DNA of 64,000 bases, from positions 26,349 to 90,348 of the forward strand of contig CAWIDR010000008.1 in assembly GCA_963834905.1 (NCBI GenBank), read 5' to 3'. Each line of letters opens with the position of its first letter. The stretch's first letter is position 1. Shown here in pieces: positions 32,997-42,353 of this stretch. The notes beneath the pieces are model-generated. The model ran no database searches. It was not told where the DNA came from and saw nothing but the letters and a program-made list of their open reading frames with translations. The position numbers were made by a program, and so were the translations under genes. The DNA is from an uncultured Thermoleophilia bacterium. Its GTDB lineage: Bacteria > Actinomycetota > Thermoleophilia > UBA2241.

Positions 32997-33026
32997 ACTC
33001 TAACAGCCGCCGCCCGGCGGCGGCAA
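32997..33026 (-). promoter_or_regulatory. candidate pyr operon promoter
   Basis: On the minus strand, TTGCCG (33026..33021) is followed by an 18-nt spacer and TAGAGT (33002..32997). The spacer contains the inverted repeat gccgccg-gg-cggcggc. Confidence 0.4.
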
Positions 33027-33135
33027 GGTGGATCGGACCCGGGGCAAGATCGGATTCGGCACAACTGCTCGTGCGGGGTCCCCGCGCGGACGCGGCCGGG
33101 CCGGCGCGACGGCCGCCAGAGGCTCCGGAGTGGCT

Positions 33136-34065
33136 TCAGCCGAGGGGCTGGGCCGGCAGGCCCAGGCCCTCGAGGAACCCGGCCAGCTCGAGCGGGAGCG
33201 CGCTGGCGCAGGCGATCTCCCGCCCGTCGTCCGGGTGCGCGAAGGCGAGGCGCGCGGCGTGCAGGAACTGACGGGACAACCCGTCCGGACGCGGCGGCCG
33301 GCCGTACTGGACGTCCCCGGCCACCGGATAGCCGAGCGCCGAGAAGTGCACCCTGATCTGGTGGGTGCGGCCGGTCTCCAGGCGCACGCGCGCCAGCGTG
33401 AACCCCGGTGCCCTGCCGAGGACGTCGAAGTGCGTCACGGCGCGCTTGCCGGCGGCCGTGTGCAACGACATCCGCTTGCGGTCGCGCAGGTGCCGGCCGA
33501 TGGGCGCGTCGATCGTCCCCTTGTCCTGCGGCAGATCGCCGCTGAGCAGCGTCAGGTAGGTGCGGTGGATGTCGCGGCGCTCCATGGCGGCGACCAGGGC
33601 TTGGTACGCCTCTTCGCTGCGCGCCACGATCAGCAGGCCCGACGTGTCCTTGTCGAGCCGGTGGACGATGCCGGGGCGCGACTCGTGCCCGCCACGAGCG
33701 CCCTCGGCCACGAGCCCCTGGGCCAGCGTGCCGTGCTCGTTGCCCGGCGCGGGGTGCACGACCACGCCGGCGGGCTTGTCGACCACGAGCAGCCAGTCGT
33801 CCTCGTAGACGATGGCGAATGGGACCGGTTCCGCCGTGAGGATCCCGGGCGGCGGCGGAGGCACCTGCCACACCACTTCCTCGCCGGCGCGAAGCACGTG
33901 CTTCTTGCGCGCCGGCGCCGCGTCCACCAGCACGAGGCCGCCGGCGATAAGGCGCTGGGCGGCGGCCCGGCTCAGACCGGCGTGCGCGGCGAGCGCGACG
34001 TCGAGCCGCTCGCCGGCGTCAGTCTCTCCGGCGCGGAACGCGTGCGGCTCACTCGCGCCGGCCAA
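33136..34065 (-). CDS. rluD: RluA-family 23S rRNA pseudouridine synthase (RluD-like)
   Basis: Intact 309-aa ORF with an S4-like N-terminus. Motifs: [12 protein letters not shown]...[17 protein letters not shown]...GRTHQIRVH. Confidence 0.9.
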   Translation of the reverse strand: MAGASEPHAFRAGETDAGERLDVALAAHAGLSRAAAQRLIAGGLVLVDAAPARKKHVLRAGEEVVWQVPPPPPGILTAEPVPFAIVYEDDWLLVVDKPAGVVVHPAPGNEHGTLAQGLVAEGARGGHESRPGIVHRLDKDTSGLLIVARSEEAYQALVAAMERRDIHRTYLTLLSGDLPQDKGTIDAPIGRHLRDRKRMSLHTAAGKRAVTHFDVLGRAPGFTLARVRLETGRTHQIRVHFSALGYPVAGDVQYGRPPRPDGLSRQFLHAARLAFAHPDDGREIACASALPLELAGFLEGLGLPAQPLG

Positions 34066-34498
34066 CGACCACCTGCAGCGCCAGGAAGATGGTCCCCACG
34101 ACGATGGCCGCGTCGGCGACGTTGAACGACGGCCAGCCGTAGAACCCGATGAAGTCGACCACGGCCCCGTCGAAGCGCAGCCGGTCGATGAGGTTGCCGA
34201 CCGCCCCGCCCAGGATGACGCCGAGCGCGGGACGGTATCGCGGCGGGCTGAAGACCAGCGCGCCCGCTACGCCGGCGGCCACGGCCGCCACCATGACCAC
34301 GACGATGCTCCCCTGGCCGGCGAAGCGGCTGAAGGAGATGCCCGAGTTGTAGGTGAGGTCGAAGTGCAGGCCTGCGACCAGCTTGAACGGCAGCCGGTGG
34401 GCCTCAGCGCGGATCAGCCACTTGCTCAGCTGGTCGGCGACGACGATCGCCGCCGCCAGCACCAGAGCGAGGGCGTACCCCTGCTTACTTCTTGCCAC
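34049..34498 (-). CDS. lspA: lipoprotein signal peptidase II
   Basis: Intact 149-aa ORF. Motifs: ADQLSKWL...NSGISF...[10 protein letters not shown]...VVDFI...FNVAD. Confidence 0.9.
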   Translation of the reverse strand: MARSKQGYALALVLAAAIVVADQLSKWLIRAEAHRLPFKLVAGLHFDLTYNSGISFSRFAGQGSIVVVMVAAVAAGVAGALVFSPPRYRPALGVILGGAVGNLIDRLRFDGAVVDFIGFYGWPSFNVADAAIVVGTIFLALQVVVGRRE

Positions 34499-34649
34499 GC
34501 GGCTTCGGAACGCTGTCCAGTTCCTTGACGTCGGTGTGGCCCATGGGGCACGTGGGCACCTTGGTCTTGCCGCTCCGCCCGCCGTCGCTGACGACGATGT
34601 TGAGCGGATACGTGGCCTTGCAGCGCTTGCAGTAGGCGAGCTTCGCCAT
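34485..34649 (-). CDS. 54-aa zinc-ribbon-like protein (below the ORF-track length cutoff)
   Basis: ATG 34649 is preceded by an AAAGGAG SD 7 nt upstream. Hand translation: [57 protein letters not shown] 34487..34485. The protein has CxxC...CxxxH. It overlaps the lspA GTG start by 14 nt. Confidence 0.55.
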   Translation of the reverse strand: MAKLAYCKRCKATYPLNIVVSDGGRSGKTKVPTCPMGHTDVKELDSVPKPRGKK

Positions 34650-34668
34650 AAGTACTCCTTTGCTCAGT

Positions 34669-34908
34669 TCAGAGGCCGAGTCTACGCCTCGCCTCGAGAA
34701 GGGTCACGCCACGCAGGTGCAGCAGCTTCCGTCTCGACTTGCCGCCAGCGATCAGGGTGACGTCGTCGCGCCGCAGACCGAGCTCCCGCGAGAGGAACCG
34801 TAGTAGTTCGTCGTTCGCCCTGCCTTCGCGCGCCGGAGCCGCCAGGCGCACGCGGAGCCGCTCGTCGGCAACGCCGATGACTTCGCTGCGGCGGGCGCCC
34901 GGGGTCAC
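34669..34908 (-). CDS. DUF167 (YggU) family protein; true start probably further upstream
   Basis: The ORF reads VTPGARRSEVIGVADERLRVRLAAPAREGRANDELLRFLSRELGLRRDDVTLIAGGKSRRKLLHL. The in-frame upstream residues GGLSLAVW look like part of the fold, but no canonical start precedes them. A GTG overlapping the divIVA stop (GTGGTGA, ~34948) is in another phase. Confidence 0.72.
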   Translation of the reverse strand: MTPGARRSEVIGVADERLRVRLAAPAREGRANDELLRFLSRELGLRRDDVTLIAGGKSRRKLLHLRGVTLLEARRRLGL

Positions 34909-34957
34909 CCAGACGGCGAGACTCAGGCCGCCCCGCGCCTCCGCGAGCGGCCCGCTT

Positions 34958-35935
34958 TCACCACTTGAACTCGTTCTCGTTCACCCCGGTGTCCACGTCG
35001 GCGAGCAGGTCATCGCTCTCTCCGAAGAGGATGCGCTCGCGGCGCCTCGGCTGGTCTTCGGCGGCCTCGTCCGGCTCGCCGCCGGGCCGCGTCGCTGTGA
35101 TCTCAGGGTCGTCCTCCGCGGGGCGAGCCGGCTGGCTCATCGTGCCGTCCGGCGCTGCCTCGCGACTGGGCTCGGGGGCCGGCTCCGCGTGCGTCCCGGC
35201 CTGGACGCCGCCGGGTCCGCGCTCCGGTGGGACCGCGGGCCTGTCCGGCATCGGCGCGCTGCGAACCTCGCGCTCGGGCTGGGGAGCAGGCGCCGTGGCC
35301 CGCGGCTCGGGAGCCGGCGCCTCAGGTCGCTCAGGCGGCAGGACGGGCGTCGCGGCGGGTTTCGCCACCGGCGCCGGATCTGGTTTCACCGCTGGCGCCG
35401 GAGCCGACTCACGGGCGATGGCTTCCTTGATGGCCTCCGCGTGGCGCGAGAAGTCGGTGGCGGCCGCCGGAGCCGGGGCCGTCGCGCTCACCTCCGGCGT
35501 CTCCTGCAGTTGTCGCAGGTAGCCGTCGAGAAGCTGGCGGAACTTGAAGCGGAAGTCCTCTTCGCCGCTCTTGAGCTTGGCCATCGACTGCTCGATCGAC
35601 TGGCGTTCCGAGTAGGCCTCGTTGACCATCTGGCGCGATTTGAGCTCGGCGTCCTGCAGGATGAGCTGCGCCTGCTTGTTGGCGTTCTGCTTCTGCTCCT
35701 CGGCGCTGGCCTGCGCGTTGACGAGCGTCTTCTGCAGCGTCTCCTCGATGCGCTTGTAGCCGGCGACCTTCTCCTCGAGCGCCTCGACCCGGTCCTGCAG
35801 GTCGATGTTCTCCTTGAACAGGCGCTCGTACTCGTCGGCGACCTCGTCCAGGAACTCGTCGACCTCGACGTCGGCGTAGCCGCGCATCCCGCGCTTGAAC
35901 TCCTTGTGGCGGATGTCGAGCGGTGTGAGCTTCAT
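34958..35935 (-). CDS. divIVA: DivIVA family cell-division/polar-growth protein
   Basis: ATG 35935 opens MKLTPLDIRHKEFKRGMRGYADVEVDEFLDEVADEYERLFKEN, followed by a coiled coil. A long Pro/Ala-rich linker follows. The acidic C-terminal end is ILFGESDDLLADVDTGVNENEFKW. Confidence 0.9.
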   Translation of the reverse strand: MKLTPLDIRHKEFKRGMRGYADVEVDEFLDEVADEYERLFKENIDLQDRVEALEEKVAGYKRIEETLQKTLVNAQASAEEQKQNANKQAQLILQDAELKSRQMVNEAYSERQSIEQSMAKLKSGEEDFRFKFRQLLDGYLRQLQETPEVSATAPAPAAATDFSRHAEAIKEAIARESAPAPAVKPDPAPVAKPAATPVLPPERPEAPAPEPRATAPAPQPEREVRSAPMPDRPAVPPERGPGGVQAGTHAEPAPEPSREAAPDGTMSQPARPAEDDPEITATRPGGEPDEAAEDQPRRRERILFGESDDLLADVDTGVNENEFKW

Positions 35936-35992
35936 CTTCTCCCCTCTCGTCGCGCGGTCCCTGCCTCGCGTCGTCTCCTGCTCTCGGTAGTG

Positions 35993-36032
35993 GTCCGTCC
36001 GCCGCTGAGCCCTTCGGGCCGGCGGCCGCTCA
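35993..36032. repeat. GC-rich 40-nt intergenic element, copy B (proC-divIVA spacer)
   Basis: gtccgtccgccgctgagcccttcgggccggcggccgctca differs from copy A (5091..5130) only by a one-base shift around gag. Confidence 0.7.
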
Positions 36033-36080
36033 CTGGCGCTTCCTTCTCCGCGTGGCCCTACGGGCACTAGTGCGACGCGG

Positions 36081-36867
36081 CTACTTGAGTTCCTTGGCCC
36101 GTTCGGCGGCCGCATGGACGGCCATCGCGACGGCGTCCGCGATATCTCTCTCCTCGAAGGCGGTGATGGCGGCCGCCGTCATGCCGCCGGGCGTGGCCGC
36201 CGAGGCGATCACCGCATCCGGATCGCCCTCGCGGGCGATCACGGCGGCGGCGCCGTGCACACCGGCGATGGCCAGCCTGCGGGCCACCTCGGCGTCGAGC
36301 CCGCGGCGCTCCGCGGCGCGGGCGAAATCGCGCACGAGCATGGCCAGGATGCCGGGCATGCAGCCGGCGACCGCCGTGGCCGAGTCGAAGTGCTTCTCGT
36401 CGAGCACGACGACCTCCCCTGCGAGCGCGAAGAGATCCTCCGTGGCGCGCTCCAGGTCGCCCAGCGTGCCGGGCACGAACAGGAACACGCCGAGCCCGAG
36501 GGCGGCGGCCACGTTGGGCATGACCCGCCCCACACGCGCGTCCGCCGGCAGCGCCGCGCGAAGCTCGTCGAGTGAGACGCCCGCGGCCACCGACACCAGC
36601 GCGCGGGCGCCGAGCAGCGGAGCCGCCTCGGCGAGCACGCCGGCCACCTGCTGCGGGCGCACCGCCACGACCACGACGTCCGCCGCCTGGATGAGATCGG
36701 CGAGGCTCTCGGCGACGGCCGCGCCGGTGTCGCTGCGCGGCCGCGGCGGCCGCCTCAGCGGACACGTCGAGGTAGGTCAGCTCCGGTGGGCCGGCGAGTC
36801 CCGGCCTGCTCCATCCCTGGCCCAGCGCCCGGGCGATGTGCCCGGCGCCGATGAACCCGACCTTCAT
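36081..36867 (-). CDS. proC: pyrroline-5-carboxylate reductase, frame broken once as sequenced
   Basis: ATG 36867 opens MKVGFIGAGHIARALGQGW...LTYLDVSAEAAAAAA. After the junction the sequence is SDTGAAVAESLADLIQAADVVVVAVRPQQVAGVL...TPGGMTAAAI. The junction is at ~36735 and is insertion-type. Confidence 0.88.
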
Positions 36868-36929
36868 GACGGCCTCACGGCGCACCATGACGGCAGGTCC
36901 GCCAGCAGCGAACGAGGGCGCGCCCGGCG

Positions 36930-37466
36930 TCAGAACTGATTGAAGAAGCCCTTCTCAATGAGCCTCGCGCGCTCCTCCGCCGAGACCTCGACGTTGCGCG
37001 GGGTGAGCAGGAAGATCTTCTCGCCGACCCGCTGCATGCCGCCGTCCATGGCGTAGGTGAGGCCGCTGCAGAAGTCGATGAGGCGCTTCGCAAGCTCGGT
37101 GTCGGAGCCCTGCAGGTTGATGATGACCGGGACGTCGACCTTGAACTTGTCGGCGATCTGCTGGGCGTCGTTGAAGTTCTTGGGGATGACCAGGTGGACC
37201 TCGACGCGCGCCGGGCGGGCCGGCTCGAGCGCGCGCACGTTCTGCTGCGACGACGACGCGGTCCGGCGGCGCGGCTCGTCGGCGAAGATGTCGTCGTAGT
37301 CGTTGCGACCCTTGCCGCTGTTCAGCTTGCGGACGTTGGGACGCTCCTGATACGAGCGTTCGAGCTCTTCGTGCGGCGCAAGAGTCTCATCCTCGTCGTA
37401 GTCATCCTCGTCATCGGCGATGCCGAAGTAGACCGCCACCTTGTGCCACGAATCGCCTAGGCCCAT
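36930..37466 (-). CDS. sepF: cell division protein SepF
   Basis: Intact 178-aa ORF. It begins MGLGDSWHKVAVYFGI, has an acidic linker, and ends with ...VIPKNFNDAQQIADKFKVDVPVIINL...AKRLIDFCSGLTYAMDGGMQRVGEKIFLLTP. Confidence 0.92.
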   Translation of the reverse strand: MGLGDSWHKVAVYFGIADDEDDYDEDETLAPHEELERSYQERPNVRKLNSGKGRNDYDDIFADEPRRRTASSSQQNVRALEPARPARVEVHLVIPKNFNDAQQIADKFKVDVPVIINLQGSDTELAKRLIDFCSGLTYAMDGGMQRVGEKIFLLTPRNVEVSAEERARLIEKGFFNQF

Positions 37467-37484
37467 CAGGTCCCTCCCTACGGG

Positions 37485-38225
37485 TCAGAAGAGCACGCTC
37501 CCGACGCGGACGATGGTCGCCCCTTCTTGGACGGCCACGTCGTAGTCGGCACTGGTACCCATCGATAGCTGGTCGAAAGTATACGTTCCGCTCCACGTTG
37601 TAGAAAGCCGTTGGGCCAACTCGCGCGCCCGCACGAAGTAGGGGCGCGCCTCCTCGGCGTCGTCGAAGAGCGGCGGCATGCACATGAGGCCGGTGAAGCG
37701 CGCCTTGGGGCACGCGGCGGCCTCCTCGAGGAAGGCGTCGACCTCAGCGAGCGGCACGCCGCTCTTGCTCTCCTCCCCGCCGATGTTGACCTCCAGCAGC
37801 ACGTCGGTGGCGTTCGCGGCTCGTGCCTCGATCTCCTGCACGACGCTCATGCTGCCCACGGAGTGGATCAGGCTGACGATCGGCAGCACGAGCTTGGTCT
37901 TGCGACTCTGCAGGTGGCCGATGAAGTGGTAGTCGAAGGCGTCGCCGTACAGCTCGTGCTTGGCCACGAGGTCCTGGGCGCGGTTCTCGCCGATCAGGTG
38001 GACGCCGGCGTCGCGCAGCGCGCCGAGGTGCTCGGCGGCCACGTACTTGGTGGCGACGAGCACGCGCACGCCGGCCGGGTCCCGGCCGGCGGCCCTGGCC
38101 GCCTCAGCGACCCGGCCCTCGACCTCCGCGAACCGTTCACGCACCTTCTCGACATCGGGAACGAACTGTCTGACCACGTCTTCCTCCTCGGCGGCCCGCA
38201 GAGTGGCGCGTCTTCGGTGCCCCAC
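37485..38225 (-). CDS. yggS: YggS/YlmE family pyridoxal-phosphate-binding protein (exact start uncertain)
   Basis: Intact ORF. Motifs: VLVATKYV...IGENRAQ...HFIGHLQSRK...SMGTSADY. Confidence 0.9.
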   Translation of the reverse strand: MGHRRRATLRAAEEEDVVRQFVPDVEKVRERFAEVEGRVAEAARAAGRDPAGVRVLVATKYVAAEHLGALRDAGVHLIGENRAQDLVAKHELYGDAFDYHFIGHLQSRKTKLVLPIVSLIHSVGSMSVVQEIEARAANATDVLLEVNIGGEESKSGVPLAEVDAFLEEAAACPKARFTGLMCMPPLFDDAEEARPYFVRARELAQRLSTTWSGTYTFDQLSMGTSADYDVAVQEGATIVRVGSVLF

Positions 38226-38263
38226 TCGGTAGCCCGGCTACGCTGGCTACTTCTGGAACCGCC

Positions 38264-39055
38264 TTACGCTTCCTGCCGCCATGCTACCGCCAGATGCCGT
38301 CCGGTCGCCCCCGCGTCCCTGCGGTGGGAGAAGAAGCGCGCGTCGGAGGCGGTGCAGAGGCCGGCGACGGAGATCGCTCCGGCCGGCACTCCCGCCGCCT
38401 CGAGGTCCATCCGCGCGCAGCGCCAGAGGTCGACCGTGGCGGCGCCGGCGGAGCCCGGGAACCGGGCCTCGAACCGGCGCCGCAGCTCTTCGTCCACCGT
38501 GAAGCAGCACGGGCCGATGCTCGGCCCCACGGCGGCGCCGACGAGCCGGCGGCCCCTGGCGAGCTCGGCGGCCGCCATCCCGGCGATGCCGGCGATCATG
38601 CCGCGCCAGCCGGCGTGCACGGTGGCGAACGCCGGCCCCTCTTCCCCGTCGGCGACGATGACGACCGGCACGCAGTCGGCGTAGCTGATGGCCAGGCCGA
38701 GGCCCGCGGCCCGCGTCAGCAGGCCGTCGTGCTCCCTGATGACGCTCGGGCTGTCGAACGCGCCTCGCCCCGCCTCGGCCTCACCGACCCACGCGAGTGT
38801 GGTCCCGTGGACCTGCCCGGGGACCACCAGCCGTTCCTGGGGCAGCCCGAGCGCGCCGCAGAGCCGGCGCCGGTTCTCGAGCACATGCTCCGGGGCGTCA
38901 TCGACCGAGAGACCGAGGTTGAGGCTGTCGAGGGGCGGCGCGGAGACGCCTCCCCCGCGCGCCGGGAAGGCAGCGGTCACGCCACCGGCTTCCCACGCGA
39001 GCCAGCTGACGCCGTCGCGCTCTCTCCACTCGAAGCCCATGCCGGCCACGGTCAC
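38264..39055 (-). CDS. pgeF: YfiH/PgeF (YlmD) family laccase-domain / purine nucleoside phosphorylase protein
   Basis: GTG 39055 overlaps the inferred M50 stop (GTGA). Motifs: ...LVVPGQVHG...ADCVPVVIV...HAGWRG...PCC...SHRRD. Confidence 0.85.
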   Translation of the reverse strand: MTVAGMGFEWRERDGVSWLAWEAGGVTAAFPARGGGVSAPPLDSLNLGLSVDDAPEHVLENRRRLCGALGLPQERLVVPGQVHGTTLAWVGEAEAGRGAFDSPSVIREHDGLLTRAAGLGLAISYADCVPVVIVADGEEGPAFATVHAGWRGMIAGIAGMAAAELARGRRLVGAAVGPSIGPCCFTVDEELRRRFEARFPGSAGAATVDLWRCARMDLEAAGVPAGAISVAGLCTASDARFFSHRRDAGATGRHLAVAWRQEA

Positions 39056-39698
39056 CCGCCCGGCAGGAGCTTGCTGAACAGGTTGAGCACAGGCGCCGAA
39101 GGTAGCGTCGTAGAACTGCGGCACCGCGATCATGAACGACGAACAGCCCCATGAACACGAAGTTGCCGTAGCGGTCCAGCTCGGCCCAGCGCTTGTAGGT
39201 CGCGCGCGGCATGAACCCGCCGACGACGCGCGACCCGTCCAGCGGCGGGAGCGGGATGAGGTTGAGTGTCCCGAGGATCACGTTGAGCACGAACAGCATG
39301 TACAGGAGCTGGGCGACGAAGATGCTCGACGTGTACGTCGCCCAGATCAGCCCGATGGAGACGAGCGCGAGGGCGAAGTTGGTCAGCGGCCCCGCGGCGC
39401 CCACCCAGGCCATGCCGCGCTGTCCGTCCTTGAAGAAGCGCGGGTCCACCGGCACCGGCTTCGCCCAGCCGAAGAAGAAGCTGCCCGCCCGAGCCCAGGA
39501 AGGTGACCGCGAGGATGATCGTGCCCCACAGTGTCGAGGTGCTTGATGGGGTTGAGGCGTGAGCCGGCCGTGCGCCTTGGCCGTGGGGTCGCCAAGGAGG
39601 TAGGCCACCCAGCCGTGGGCCAGCTCGTGCAGCACGAGGCTGACCAGCAGCAGCGGCGAGATGATGAGAAAGCGGATCAGCAGGCTGGAATCGGTCAC
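39052..39698 (-). pseudogene. M50 (site-2 protease) family metalloprotease with 5 frame breaks
   Basis: Six fragments make up the gene. (1) MTDSSLLIRFLIISPLLLVSLVLHELAHGWVAYLLGDPTAKAHGRLT (HExxH). (2) LNPIKHLDTVG. (3) TIILAVTFLGSGG. (4) SFFFGWAKPVPVDPRFF...NLIPLPPLDGSRV...GLFVV. (5) FMIAVPQFYDATFG. (6) APVLNLFSKLLPGG-TGA 39054..39052. The junctions are at ~39558, ~39525, ~39484, ~39137 and ~39096, and all are insertion-type. Confidence 0.78.
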
Positions 39699-42318
39699 CC
39701 GGGCTCACGCATCCCGGCCGCGGCCCTCAGTTCCTCGTCGCGGCCGCGGACCACGCCGTTCACCTTGAGGTGCAGCACGCTCCGCAGGACCTCGCCCAGC
39801 CGGGGTCCGGAGCTGAAGCCGAGCTCCAGGAGGTCGCCACCGCCGATGTCGAGATGCACGTGGCGCGTGACGTCCAGGAAGTGGGCGAGGCGGTCGGCGG
39901 CGACGCCGGATCCGTCGAGCGTCATGGCCGCCAGGACGGCCTCGAGAGGCTCGCCGGCGGCGAGGTCGTACAGCTCGGCCTCGCTCGGCCCGCGCGCGAC
40001 CCTGTCGACGAGGCGCCGGCCGACGACGAGCGCCCGCTCGAGGACGCGGGCGTCGGCACTGCGGACGCGCATGCGCACCGTCCACGCGGCGATCTCCTCG
40101 GGGTCGAGGTCGGACAGCAGCCACACGAGGCGGAGACGCCAGAGCGGGGCTTCCGTCTCCAGGTGGTGCGCCTTGCGCAAGCGGTCGGCGCGGCGCACCA
40201 GCTCGCGCGTGTCCAGGTCGACGCGCAGGCGCCCGTGGATGGCCGGCCACACGCCGAGCTCCTCCGCGCGCCGCAGCGCGAAGTCCACCTTCTCCTCGTC
40301 GAGCAGGCTGACGAGCTCGTCGCGCAGCCGCGCCGAGGAGAGATCGCCGACGAGGTCCATGGCGCAGCAGGCGCGCGCCAGGTTGAGCGTGTGCTCGTCC
40401 ATGCGCAGCCCGTACCGGCTCTCGTAGCGGATCGCGCGCAGGATGCGCGTGGGGTCCTCGATGAAGCTCAGGTTGTGCAGGACGACGATGCGGCCGGGCG
40501 TCGAGGTCCTCCCGGCCGCCGAAGTAGTCGAAGAGGTCGCCGAACGTCTCCGGCTTGAGCGACACGGCCATCGCGTTGATCGTGAAGTCGCGGCGGGCGA
40601 GGTCGCTGCGGATGCCGGCGTGCTCGACCTTGGGCAAGCGCGCCCGGGTACTCGTAGGACTCGGCGCGGGTGGACGCCACGTCGACGCGCAGCCGGTCTT
40701 GCCGTCCGCCGGAGACGACCACGGCCGTCCCGAACTTCTCGTGCGGCCGCACGTGGCCTTTGAGGCGCGCGGCGAGCTCGGTCGCGAAGGCGATCCCGTC
40801 GCCCTCGATCGCGAGATCGACATCGAACCCCGGCTCGCCGAGAAGCAGATCGCGGACGGCGCCGCCGACGAGGTAGCAGCCGCGCACGCCGGCGGCCACC
40901 GCCTGCACGTGACGGAACAGCTCGCCCAGGCCGAGTCCCCCGAGGGGCCCGGCGAGGTTGGCCGTCACCGGCGCGGCCGGTTCTCGCGGGGGCGCGCCGG
41001 CCACGGACCGGCGCGAGACGATGCCGACCAGCGCGACGACGGGGACGGACTCGTCCTCCTCGGACGCCGGCTCGCTCTCCACCACGGGCAGCCAGCCGAC
41101 CTCGTCCTGGGCGAGCCTGAGCGCCACCCGCTCGAGCGGCGTCTGCGCCCACACGAGCGGCACTCGCGTGGTCATCACGGCCTTGACGGGCGCATGGCCG
41201 AGGCCGTGCGCGGACGCGCGCTCCAGGTCGGCCAGCGCGACGCGCGCGATCAGCAGGCCGTCGCGAAGTACGCCGGCTCCCCCGACGCCGTCCCGGCGGC
41301 ACAGGAGGGCGGCCTCGTCGACCGGCGTCGTGTCGCCGACCACGGGGGGGCCGGGCTCGAGCGCGTCGCGCGCGATCCTGGTCGGCGCCACCGCCGCCGG
41401 CACCGCCGCCGCGACCGCGGCGGCGACCTCGTCCAGCGAGCTGTCCTTGACGACCGCTGAGGCCGCGGCGGTGTGCCCGCCGCCGCCGACCGCGCGCAGC
41501 GCCGCGGCGACGTCCACCCGGCCGCCGCGGCTGCGCGCGGTCACGAACACCCGCCCCTCCATCTCCACCAGCAGGAAGTACGCGTCGCAACCGGTCAGGT
41601 CCATCACCCGGTGCGCGACCACGCTGACGCCCTCCACGTAGAGGTCCTCGTGAAGAGCCGAGAGGAGGACGGACGCCTGCGGGATGGGCAACTCCACGGC
41701 GGTCTCCAGCGCGCCCGCCAGGGTGATGCGCTGCGCCGGCGTGAGCGCGTTGGTGAGCCACTTCTCGAGCAAGCCGATGTCGGCGCCGGCGCGCATGCAG
41801 TAGGCGAGCGCCTCCGCGTCCCTCGTCGTCGTCGTGGCGAACGTGAGCGAACCGGTGTCCTCGTGGATGCCGAGGGCGAACACGGTCGCCTCGAACGGCG
41901 TGACCGGGATGCCGCGCTCCGCGATGATGCGCACGAGCAGCGTCACGAGTGACCCGTCGCCGGAGCTCACCAGGGCGTCGGCGTCCAGGTAGTCGGGAAG
42001 GTCGCCCGGATGGGCGTGGTGGTCGAAGGCCACCACCTGCACGTCCGGGCGACCGCAGAGGTCGCCGAGGTCGCCGAGGCGGTTGGCGTGGACGGTGTCG
42101 ACCAGGATGAGCCGGCGGACGCTGTCCCTGTCCACATCCGTCGGGTCCACCACCGGGATGGCGTCGGCGTACAGCGCCTGGAACTCGCGCACGTTGCGGT
42201 TGACGGCGCCGCCGAGGCTGATCTGGGCCTCGGGGTACAGCTTGCGCGCGGCGACCATCGCCGCGAAGGCGTCGAAATCGGTGTTGGTGTGCGTGGCGAT
42301 GAGCTCGGGCGTGCGCAT
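39695..42318 (-). CDS. multidomain DHH-DHHA1 / CBS-pair / class II nucleotidyltransferase (CCA-adding or poly(A) polymerase family) protein, frame broken twice as sequenced
   Basis: ATG 42318 opens MRTPELIATHTNTDFDAFAAMVA...FDHHAHPG...GGGGHTAAASAV, followed by CBS-like segments. Next comes CYLVGGAVRDLLLG..FDVDLAIEGD...ESYEYPGAL, then PKVEHAGIRSDLARRDFTINAMAV...GGREDLDA. The last fragment is GRIVVLHNLSFIEDPTRILRAIRYESRYGL... running to 39695. The junctions are at ~40637 and ~40497. Confidence 0.8.
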
Positions 42319-42353
42319 GCCTGCAGTATAGCCGTGCGGCCGCGGGCGCCGGG

